Shown: in pieces, positions 46,538 through 57,400 of the stretch
How positions within the stretch are numbered: position 1 is the stretch's first letter
Layout of the letters: every line of letters starts with the position of its first letter
Assembly (NCBI RefSeq): GCF_052425735.1
Contig: NC_135763.1
Coordinates: forward strand, 14,632,001 to 14,696,000
From: Oculina patagonica
Taxonomy: Eukaryota
Direction: 5' to 3'
DNA length: 64,000 nt
Made by a program: the position numbers and the translations under genes
Notes under the pieces: generated by a model
Seen by the model: the letters and a program-made list of their open reading frames with translations, nothing else
Told to the model about the DNA's origin: nothing
Database searches by the model: none

Positions 46538-47746
46538 ATGTTTCATTCCTTGTACATGAGAGAACAAGCGACACTTTCTGCCTATCTGTTCTCCCAAGCT
46601 GAACGAACGAAACGAGTGCGATCCATAAAGCTGAGTCAAAATGGGGAAATGGAACAAGTCCACAAATCTGGGATAAACTGCGTTGACATCGACACAGGCG
46701 AGGGAAAATATCTTTTGTCTTCCGGTTCAAATGGACGAATAACCGTTCATGATATAGAGGAATGTTTCTTTCGTGACACGTTCAAATGCATGTCAGTCGC
46801 TACAGTGGAAAGAACGTTTAAAGACAGCCACAAACACAGTGTGGAAACTGTTCAATGGTACCCAAATGACACAGGCATGTTTTTATCTAGTTCGGTTGAC
46901 TCGACACTCAAAGTATGGGATACAAACGCACTTGAAGTTGTCGAGAACTTTCGGCTCGAAGGGATGGTCTACCATCATCAAATGCCAAAGAATGCCACGA
47001 AACATTGCCTGGTGGCGACAGCATGCGAGGACTCAAGAGTGTATCTTTGTGATTTGAAATCAGGTTCTGCGATTCATATTTTAAAGGGACATTCCAAGGC
47101 AGTTGTTTCTGTGGCCTGGTCACCAAGAAATGAATATTTTTTAGCTACTGGTAGTCGCGACAATAAAGTGCTTCTGTGGGATGTGCGAAAAGCTGTTGGG
47201 AGTCTCCTCTCATTAGATCAACACAACGGCAAAGGCGGGGCCAGATCATCAACAATAAGTACAGCTCATAATGGTCATGTGAACGGTATTTCCTTCTCAC
47301 ATGATGGATTGCACTTATTGACTTATGGAACAGATGATCGTTTAAGGTTGTGGGATACATTCACTGGAAAGAACACCCTTGTTAATTTCGGCGGCGTCCA
47401 CAATCCCAGTCGGAAGGCAGTTAAGCTTTGCCTATCCAGTGGAACTACAGAAGAGGTGGCATTTGTTCCTTCTGGTAGTAATATTGAAGTTTATGACCTT
47501 GTTACAGGAAGGCATGTAGCCACTCTTGGTGGTCATTACAATAATGTAAACTGCTGCACATTTCATCAGCATTTTCAAGCTCTCTTCAGTGGATCAAATG
47601 ATACAAGTCTTTTAGTATGGCTTCCTAAAATGAATCGGACTGGAGATATAAAGGCAGGTCAGTCAACAGAGGCTGTCATTAGTGCTGCAGATAAAGTTGA
47701 TAATCCTTATCAGGACTCATGGAGCAGCGATGAAGAGGAAACATGA
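46538..47746 (+). CDS. ERCC8: DNA excision repair protein ERCC-8 (CSA), WD40 repeat protein, single coding exon
   Basis: Uninterrupted ORF; likely ATG at 46538 (MFHSLYMREQ, matching the N-terminus of vertebrate CSA as recalled). Motifs: HKSGINCVDID..EGKYLLS, HKHSVETVQWYPNDTGMFLSSS.D.TLKVWDTN, HCLVA, LCDLKSGS, AHNGHVNG, LTYGTDDRLRLW, GHYNNVNCC, and C-terminal DSWSSDEEE. Confidence 0.96.
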   Translation: MFHSLYMREQATLSAYLFSQAERTKRVRSIKLSQNGEMEQVHKSGINCVDIDTGEGKYLLSSGSNGRITVHDIEECFFRDTFKCMSVATVERTFKDSHKHSVETVQWYPNDTGMFLSSSVDSTLKVWDTNALEVVENFRLEGMVYHHQMPKNATKHCLVATACEDSRVYLCDLKSGSAIHILKGHSKAVVSVAWSPRNEYFLATGSRDNKVLLWDVRKAVGSLLSLDQHNGKGGARSSTISTAHNGHVNGISFSHDGLHLLTYGTDDRLRLWDTFTGKNTLVNFGGVHNPSRKAVKLCLSSGTTEEVAFVPSGSNIEVYDLVTGRHVATLGGHYNNVNCCTFHQHFQALFSGSNDTSLLVWLPKMNRTGDIKAGQSTEAVISAADKVDNPYQDSWSSDEEET

Positions 47747-47863
47747 AAAAAACACCAACAACAGCATGTTTAGTCTACAGCATGTTAAGAAAGGACAATT
47801 ATGTTGGCTTGCCCATAACCTTCGCCCAGAATTCATATCAGAGTGGGGCACGTCTTCCTTCCC

Positions 47864-47947
47864 CAACCTCATACCCAGGTCTCTCCCCCACCCTCCCCCT
47901 TCTCTGGCTCTGGGGGGCGGGGAGGAGAGACCCTGGGAACAAGGTTG
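47864..47947. mobile_element. Short CAACCTC-type MITE in the probable ERCC8 3' UTR
   Basis: CAACCTCATACCCAGG...CCTGGGAACAAGGTTG with near-identical 9-bp flanks TTCCTTCCC / TTCCTTCCG. Confidence 0.75.
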
Positions 47948-49488
47948 TTCCTTCCGAACTTTAAACAGCTTGACAATGTAAAAAATATATAAAAAGGTAG
48001 ACATAAGTGGAACCTCTACTTTGGGCTACCTCCTTTAGGTGACATAACATTTTTTGTAGCAAAATGGTCAAATGCTCTGTGTATCAACCACTTCTATAGC
48101 CTAAATTTCAGATGTCTTCCTCTGGTTGCTTACTCCAAAATAGTCACTGATACTGTCAAGTGATGTCACTACACTTTGATTTAATTCATGCAGAAAATAT
48201 TCTGTCAAGGCCATCACTTTGGAAAACAAAGGGCCGCTGCATGAAAAACAAAAGCAGCAGTTGATCGACATAAAAAAGTACAGCAGGATTAATGCTGTTA
48301 CAAAGGAACAAAATTTTTATATAAATATCATACTCATTAAAAATGAGCTACATTTGTCTGTTATATCATTAAAGAATTATCTGTAACTTTAAGAGACACA
48401 GCTTTCAATTCATGAAAACCAGGACTAGGTTAATTAATTAGTATTTAGATAAGTACGTGTACTTAGATTTTGAATTTTTAATAGTTAGAATCCTGATGTA
48501 TTCTACCGTGTATAAAGAAGTGTAAAAAATAATCAAGATATTTCAACAGGGAGCCCACGTCACATAAAGTGGTTTTCATTGGGGCCCTGCATAAAATAAA
48601 TTACAAATATTATAAAAATGATTAAGTTAATTCCCCAGTATTGATTGTGCATCCCGTACTGTGCATAATTTTACACATGATTAGCATGAGCATATTAAGA
48701 AAATGGTGGCTTTTTCTATACAGCTTGGCTCCCTGGAACCTATCATTTTTTTTTATTTTTCTAAGTCTTGCAATCACCTTTCTATAAAATAAATATGAAC
48801 AAATTTGTATAATTTGTAGAAAAACAAACAAAAATCAGTACTCTTGATTATATAATTGCTGATATTGTTTGAGGAATTATGGGGTATTTTCAAGGTCTTC
48901 TTGCCCTAAACTAATACTGGGTCCCCTTCCTTTTTATTATAAAAATTAAGTTCTCTTAGGATTAACAACCAGTAAGTAGGCAGAGTTTGAGCAAAAATCT
49001 GTTGTCAGTTCTATTTCAATGAAATGGCCTTAAAAAGTAAAGGTTAAAAACTTGATGACTAAAAAGCTAAAAAATTAAGAAATGAAGGTAACTAAAAACT
49101 CACTAAATGTCTAATATGCCTTTTAAATTTAAATGTCAGAAGAGCTTTTAGCTTTGTCTGATATATAAAATGTTCCAGTCATCAGTCATTGAACGGCTTG
49201 ATGAATCACTCGGTTTTGGCCCCAGGAGCGACATGTCTTGGGCCTACAAATGTTATTTCCACTTTGAGTGAAATAAATAAATAAATAAAAACCCTCGTAT
49301 GGAAACTGCTCACTCCCCCTCTCCCTTCCCCCTATCCCACCTCCGGGAATATTCTACTTCCAAGAAGTTCTTGCAAATTTCCAGCTATTATTTTTACTTA
49401 GATTTTCTGACGGCGGTATTAACATTGCAAGGTATTACTGTAAAGGATGCTCTCGCAATGTTTTTTCGATGCACGTTGCCAGCTGCAC

Positions 49489-49982
49489 CATTCTCGTCCC
49501 CATACACCACTTTCATAATGGCGGCCAATTTATTTATTCTTTTATATGTATGTTAATTAGCCCTACTGGCCTCGTTTTAGAGTAAAAATTCTTTTGAATT
49601 TTTCACATGCTGACGAGGCCAGTAGGGCTAATTAACATACATATAAAAGAATAAATAAATTGGCCGCCATTATGAAAGTGGTGTATAGCCCTTTCGTTTC
49701 TCTTAGCCGCTTGGCACGAGAAAACGGAGGGCTCTGGGGACATAGGATTTTTGAATTAATTCGAATTTTTATGATTGGCTGTTTGGAACAAAGAATTCCT
49801 AAACGGAAGTCGAAAACGTATCGACTCTCTCATACATTCTCTTGAAACATCATTACTGCATACATGAAGACCGGAAGTCCTAGAATCTAGGACCGGAAAT
49901 CCTGTGTCCCCGGAGCCCTTTGTTTCCTCGTGCCAAGGCCTAGCCGGCTAAGAGAAACGAAAGGGCTATGGGGACGAGAATG
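49489..49982. mobile_element. 9-bp-TSD MITE containing a nested palindromic element (49503-49685)
   Basis: TSD CAGCTGCAC; the TIR CATTCTCGTCCCCATAGCCCTTTCGTTTCTCTTAGCC is split on the left by an inserted palindrome with perfect arms of about 70 bp. Confidence 0.85.
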
Positions 49983-50093
49983 CAGCTGCACGTGCCTTGT
50001 TTGACCTGCCGGCCGACCTCATTCCCAGGGCCCTCCCGGTATCTCCTCAGATGAGCGTGACCCAAACACCAAAACACGTTTTGCGTGTTTTTG

Positions 50094-50176
50094 TTATGTA
50101 ACAAACCGTGAACATGAAACGTGACGCGACGAAATTCTGCAGTATAAAACAAAGTTCGTTTCGTGTTATATCAGTT
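50094..50176 (+). promoter_or_regulatory. Candidate core promoter: D-box-like TTATGTAA, CRE-like GTGACG, TATA box and initiator
   Basis: TTATGTAA 50094-50101; GTGACGCG 50121; TATAAAA starts at 50143, 30 nt before the A of TCAGTT at 50173. Confidence 0.5.
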
Positions 50177-50223
50177 GTAGTTCCCAGCCAAGCAAAGATA
50201 AGCCCAGATTGTTTTCTGCTCTA

Positions 50224-50673
50224 ATGGAAAACCGCTCGATCCAGTGTAAGCCTGGAGAGGAAAGCTTGCTGAAAAGAGCCAGCCAAACACGTAGTCAAGC
50301 TCTCGACAAAAATAAATACATGGACATCGACGAATTCATGAATGTTTTGCGAGAAGTAGAGCTGATAACACCCTTTGGAAAGGTACAAGAAACAAGTCAT
50401 ACAGGCCTGCACCAGGTTAATTTTCAAACTCTAGAACTGCTCACTCGATCTCGAGATAAGGAACGGAACGACTTCAGAACAGGGAGAATTATTCCCCGGA
50501 CTCCTACTGTTATGCAAGTACTAGAAACTGAGAGAATATTACGTGATGTACATCCGTGCAAACCGCTACCTTACTCGAAACAGCACAGTGAAAAAATTGT
50601 GGAGGATTCTGTCATGACAAACTACCTATCCTTGCTTCTAAGTCAAAACAGAACAGCGACTGGATCAAGTTGA
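50224..50673 (+). CDS. Putative single-exon protein of unknown function (149 aa)
   Basis: Non-repetitive ORF from ATG 50224, with TATAAAA at 50143 and an Inr-like TCAGTT at 50171-50176 upstream and ATTAAA signals near 50972 and 51018. No recognised domain. Confidence 0.5.
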   Translation: MENRSIQCKPGEESLLKRASQTRSQALDKNKYMDIDEFMNVLREVELITPFGKVQETSHTGLHQVNFQTLELLTRSRDKERNDFRTGRIIPRTPTVMQVLETERILRDVHPCKPLPYSKQHSEKIVEDSVMTNYLSLLLSQNRTATGSS

Positions 50674-52538
50674 TAAATATCAGTCTGTGAATTCGTGGCA
50701 AAATTCGACGAAGGTTTCGCTCCAGTTCAACGATTACATAACGTTCCTTCCATTCGTCAGCTCGTAGGAAGCGTTTTGAATACCGTTATCCTCCCGAGAG
50801 TAAAGCATTTAACTGTGATGTTGCTTGCAAAGGATAGGAAGTATTAATAATTTTCTCTGGTGCGAACGAATTTAAGAGTCACGGAAGAATGACATTGTGG
50901 ATACCCGTTGTGCTGCGTACTATGTTGTAAATTTCTTAGCCATCGTTCAGTACTGAATGTCTTTGATTTTTATTAAACTAAAGCTGGCGTTGTTGGTTAT
51001 TGCATTGCAATATTTAATTAAAACTCAATCTTAGTATTACATTTTTATCCCAGTTTTCAATTTCTGCCGAGCAACAATCTTGCCTGCAAATTTCACCGTG
51101 TTCTTAATTATCTTTTGATATAGCTCACGCGTTCACTCACTCACCGGCGATCAGTTTTATGTTATGTAATTGATGTACGCCGGAGTATTTCAAATTTATG
51201 CGTGAATCTTACCAAAATTTGAATTGTTTGATCGAATTGCTTTATTGTCAACAAGCCGGTCAGATCAATAATTTGCAATCATAAAAAAGTGTAAATTATT
51301 TTGAAACAATAGTGGGTTTATGGTTGATTGTTGCTCAGCCTGTCAGCTGGTTTCGCGAAGGGCATTTTCGCCTACTCAGATTTACTAATAAACGTTGTCA
51401 TAGATTTGCATTATAGAGCGGTTTTACGCTACGACTTCTTATTAGTTCTTATTTTTCCAGTTTAATTAGTAGTTCTTTTGTTTTTCTGCTCTCTGTTGTT
51501 TGTGTACCACGCAGTTACACTAAGTAGTAAGCACTATATGACACACTATTTTAAAGAACAATTTCTGTTTCACGGGCTGAGTAGAATAACTTCAAAGACG
51601 AGAACGTTTGTTTTTTTTAGCTTTATTATTCGCTTTAGTGCAAAGTCATAGACAGAAACAACTTCGTGCGGCTTGTCTCGCAGTTATATAATGACAAATA
51701 GCACGACTAAAATATTAATTTCCGGAACATTCAATTCGCCATGAGGACCCACTTCTTAACATTTGTAACTTCCCGCAATTTCGCAGCGATGCTTAAGCGC
51801 TTAAAAGTTTGGGACAAAGTTCTGGAACCTTCTCCAAAGTGAAAGAAACTGAACGTGTAAACAACAATTTCGGCAATGTTCGAACAGACCTTAATTCAAT
51901 TATAACATTAGCATTGCAGGTATAGATCGCGCGAAATGATCCTTCGCGCGTGAGCAGGCACGTGAGATAGCACAGGTGAATACACTTGCCTCGTGATCTT
52001 TTGGTAACGTGAGTAGCCGGGGACGTGAATTGGATCGGAAAGCTCTCGTCTTTAAAGTTTTACAACCTCGTCTTTTTGATGAAAAGTCGATAATACGGGC
52101 CAAGAACACAATATTTGACTTCCGGTTGGCATTTGTGATTTAAAGTCGTCATTTAGCGGTGATTTAAAGTCGTCAATAGCGGTATCATTTTAATCTGAAA
52201 ACTTTTTCACGGCATACCCTTAAAAAATATATCCTCCCAGTCCATTTCCATGGCCTTTCTTTCCGTGGACCTTGATTTCTTTCCGTGGGCCTTCCTTCAA
52301 TCAAACCATGCTAGGGACTATGCTGAGAGAACGATTGATCCTACGCAAACGCTAGCTCGCTTATCAGGAACTTATGGTTTCGATAGCGTGAAGTTACCAG
52401 TAATATTGCTATTTCCTGGATGGGATGGTAGTCTATCGCAGGTTACTCCCCAGCATTGTCACTGGTTCTCCCAAAAAGTTCAAGAGGAGTGACTTATTAG
52501 CGAGAGGGCGGGGGATACTGTTACTTGCGTTATTAAAG

Positions 52539-53751
52539 GAGGGTCTGGATGGGGGGTACAAAATGTCAGTTGTCAGTTAAATTTTAGGCCATTTATCAGT
52601 TGTCAGTTAATTAACAATGAAGCTTAATTATTTTCTTCTCACGCAAAATTTAGCTAAAAAGGCACATATAATGTAAATTATATCATTAATTTATAAATTG
52701 ATAAAATAATAACTTATTTTTCTCAATATTCACTTTGATGTTGAAATCATTGCAACTGGCCTTCTATAAAAGTCGTCACTCTAGATCTCCTCCACACAAT
52801 ACTAAAAATATTGTTGTTTTAGCGGCGGCTTTCGCCAGTGTTTAGCACTTGAGTTATAACTGAACAACTGATACGACAGAAATGTGACGTGTAACGATCG
52901 CGAACACTGAGTGGCGCCCAGAAGCAAGCTCACTCGGTTGTTCACACCGCCGCAACGCTTCAAAATTTAGTTATCCACAGGGCCACCGGAATGATCTCAT
53001 AAATTATAGTACACTCAACGAAATAACTTGATCGTGATTGGACGAGAGCATTACCTATTACTCTTTCGATACTCTTCTTTCCAAAGTTGACACGAACTCT
53101 TCCGAAGCGGGCGCGAAGTCTTCCAAAAACGTCCGAAGTTAGTCCCTGGACTTCGAAGATTTCCGAAGTTGACCCAGAGTCTTTCGAAGATTTACGATGT
53201 TGGTGCGAAGACTTGCGAAGGTTTCTGAAGTTTACAGCCAAAGTGGTCTAAAGACGAACCGTTTATCATTTCCGAATCAGTGGTCATGATTCATAGTACA
53301 GAAATGTGCTCGTAACTTTGTACTATAAATTAAAAATAAAGGCTTGTGTAATTTTGAGAATTTTCAAACATCACTTGCACCTATTAATCACGAATTGCAC
53401 GAGAAGGTCGTGCGATTTCCTTTATTAATTTCAAGACAAATCAGTGCCATACGCTATGTGAAATGCGTACATGGACATAAGGTAAGTTATTAACAAAACA
53501 TGACACTCTAGTGTCCTGCAGCTAGGATTTAGTATAAAAACGTACATTTCTGACATTTGTTTAACGAAAAAGGTCTAACAATGTTATTTACAAAAGGTTT
53601 TGTAGGATATAAAGGACAACTTGGTCTTTTGTCAGTTGTCAGTAAAGCCCACTACAAATGTCAGTTGTCAGTAAAATTTTAGGCGATTTGTCAGTTGTCA
53701 GTTAAAATTTTGGTCATTTGTCAGTTGTCAGTTAACCCCATCCAGACCCTC
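52539..53751. mobile_element. Non-autonomous DNA element with GAGGGTCTGGATGGGG TIRs and TGTCAGT subterminal repeats (possibly Sola-like)
   Basis: 16-bp TIR; TSD not clean; a probable nested repeat lies at about 52960-53430. Confidence 0.65.
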
Positions 53752-54494
53752 TAAAAGTACTGAGATATTTGCAACTCAACACATTATATGAATAACAATT
53801 ATAAAAATAGCTTCTTCCAAAAAAAATATACCTTACTGCTGACTACAGTTTCTACCCCATTTCTGACCAAAATGGTTAAACGACTTAAAATCCATTCGCC
53901 CATACTTTCGCTCCTATCAAAATCATCTAAAATCTCTACCCGGTCTATTTTAGAGCAAAACAACTTGAAAACCAAACCTTTTGGCGCCACACATACCTGT
54001 AAAGATTATGTAAGGAAGCACTCACCCTCCTGGTGTAATTTCATTTCTTAAGTTCGTTGTGCGAACAAGTTTTAAAAAAGAAAGAGAAATGTCCGCGCGC
54101 GAACTGCGCGCAACAACCTCGTTCCCAGATCTCTTTTCTTCCCGAGGTTGCATACGGGACAGAAAGATTACTTTACGAAAATAATCTCTCTGTTCCACTG
54201 GCTGTAAATGCCGCACTCCAATTTGCAGGAACGACATGATTGGCTCAAAATATTGCGGCTGTCCTTTGTAATACAGAAAAAAGGAAACCTTACCTTTACT
54301 CAGGCAGGCATTAAAGACATAAAACAATAATGATGACGTCAATGAAATTCACAGAAGGCCGCTCAATTAATTATTTCACTGCTTGTTGCTTTTAGAAAGA
54401 CCATGTCGTAGGGGCAAAATGCTCTGTGTTGTGTTTTAATAATTTCTGATTGTGTGAAAGAAAAGCTTTTCTAGACTGCAGTTAGTTTCACAAA

Positions 54495-57400
54495 ATGAGA
54501 ATTTTTCTTTCGGAAATTTTCGCGGCGGGTTTGTTGCTATTATTGTCAGGCCCTTATGAAGGTAAAGGCGAGCATGGTGTCAAAGATGTGAAAATTGGAG
54601 TTTTGCTGCCAATGACCGGTTACTGGCCGATTGGCAAAACGTCTGCGTCCGCTATTACTATCGCAGTGGATAAAATAAACAAGGACCCCACGCTGCTACT
54701 GGGCTATAACATAAGTTTCATGTGGAATGATTCCATGTGCTTGGCCGCCGAAGGACTTAACCAGGCCGTGGAGTTTCGAATCTCCGGAGTTGACGCCATT
54801 ATAGGAGACGGCTGTGACATTATTTGTGAACCGGCTGCTATTTTAGCGGCGTCCTGGAACCTGCCCATGATCTCCTGGGGCTGCGAATCGAGTAAGTTGT
54901 CAGAGAAGAGCATTTACCAAACGTTCGCCAGGACAGTGGGATCATTCTCCAAGATGGGCGGTCTCTTCATGTCGGTGCTCGGCTACTTCAAGTGGAAAAG
55001 TATCGGGATCATTGCGTCAACAGAGAGCATATGGCAGCTGGCAATGAGTGGTCTGATGAAGGTGTTTTTGGAGAATGATATCAATATTCGTTATATTCAC
55101 ACGCTCAATCCGGGGCACGTGTTGGTAACAGAGAGAGAGGAGTACAAAAGCATGTTGGCGCTCGCTAAGGAAACTGCTCGAAGTAAGTCAACCTTAACAT
55201 TATTGCCAAAATGTTTCAATTTCTTCCGTAAATATAAATGTAAATGTCTTTATTTCGCTCATTAAAATACATAACAAACGTTACAGTACAAATCGTAAAA
55301 ATCGCCCAAATTATTTACATATAACTTACTAAGATGTCATACTACATTGTTAAATGGCTAAATTATATTTGAACCTTATTCTGTCAAAATAACTATTCTT
55401 AAAACGTTCCGTTCCAAACTTAGTCTTTTCTAAAAAAAACCTGGCTTTTATGATGTTTTAATTGCTGTCGTTTCAAATTTTCTTTATAGTCGATCACAGC
55501 GTTGTTACCTTTCATAATCAATCGTTAATATAACAGAAAATAATTTTAACTTAACAACCCTCGCTAGTAGCTCGATTTTACTTGGAAAACTCGAAACATG
55601 CATGGTGGCTTGTTTAGCCTCGCCAGTAAACCGGTTTGTTAAAAATGACCGTGCATGAGTGTTTCCTAAGCCTGCATACAGTCGTTTCCTTTTTTTTTTT
55701 TTTAGTTAGAAAATTTGGCAGGGCCACCCAGCGGATCATTTCGGTGAATATCTTTTAAAGAAGGCTTGTTATTCCTTCGGATTCAGTTCTTTGGTGAAAT
55801 GTCACCTCGAACCTTCATATTATGGGATTTCCTCGTTGGGCCCCTAATTTGGGCAAGCAAGTACTGATTTGAATGACTAAGTAAATTTAAATAAAATTAA
55901 TAAAAAATCTAAACAATCTTAAGTTCCTCTCTAAGGACCTGGAATGTCAGCCTATTTTATATCAGCGTGCCTGCATTAAAGGAAAAGTTTTAATAGGGAA
56001 TGAAAGGAAAACTCGCGAAGCCGACTCCTCCCCCCGATTTTACACATTTTTCTTTCTGAATTAACTCTTTGATACCGCTTTCTTGTTACAAAAATTTTAA
56101 TTTATGGTTTCATTTTCAAAATTGATTAACAAACGCCCTTACTGCCATGAGCTTTTTCTCTAATCGGAAAGCCGGTAGAAAACACGCGCGGAAAAAATGG
56201 TTGTCTTACTCACAGACTATGCTTGCATTGCAGTCTTTATAATGCTGTGTTACGGCGGTGATATGCGTGCATTAATGCTCTACGCCTACGATCTGGGCAT
56301 GCTCAATGGGGACTACGCTTTTCTGACTGTCAATCTGCTGCCGTCCGCTGCCATTGGCAACAACACGTTCATGGGCAATGACGGCAGAGATGCTGAGGCC
56401 GCCCTGGCGTTCAGAGGGATCTTGAGCATACATGTTAGAGAACCGACCACAGATCTATGGAGATTATTCACGAAAGATGTGCGACAGAAAATGAACGATT
56501 ATCCGTTCCACATTCAGCTGGATGACCAGGAGAAGGTACTTCTTAATGGGGGTGGGGAGGGTGGGGAGAAAAGGAGGACAACCAACGGGAGGAAATTAAA
56601 AGTACACCGGACCGGGATTTTGTAGAGAGGACTATGAACGAGTGAAAGTTACAGGCGAAAAATGGTTTTTCATAGTAGATGTTAAGCGTGAGATAAATAG
56701 GCAAATAGATTTATTGTTTAGTTAAACGGAAACGTATTTTTGTTGTCGCTCTCTTTTCCGTCTTTTTGTGGTTAGAGCTCTAGACTGCAGATCGAGCGAT
56801 GTGGGTTCGAGCCCTAGCCGGGGTCATCATGTTGTGTTCTTGGGCAAAATTCTCACAGTGTCTCTCTCCACCCAGTAGTATAAATAGATTCTGGCGAATT
56901 GTCGGGACAATCTGACAGAACGTTGAGGAGCAACCTGTAATAAACTAGCATCCCATCCAGGGGGAGTAGCAGTACTTCTATCCGCTACACGCGATAAAAT
57001 TCGGACTTAAGCGTCGAAAGCTACGAACCACTTAAGAGGCTTTGCATTTAAAACGCAGTTTCAATATTTGAATTCAGCGGTAGAGAAGGGAACAAAAAGC
57101 TGAAAGACTGATCGACTTGTTATTATGATTATTTAATTTGTCGTCGAACGAAGTTTTGAAATCGTTTCCGGGGTGTTCTTCGTGTTTTGTAGGTTGAAGT
57201 GTACGCTGGAGCCATATACGATGCCATTTACCTGTATGCCATTGCACTGAATGAAACTTTAGCTGCTGGAGGGGACAAGAAAGATGGGCGAGCCATAGTG
57301 CACAGAATGCTAAACAAGGAGTTTGAAGGTCTGTGACCCTGTAGCAATAGCGATAATATTCTTTTACAGTAAACAATTCACCGTGCCGTCAAAGTGCACT

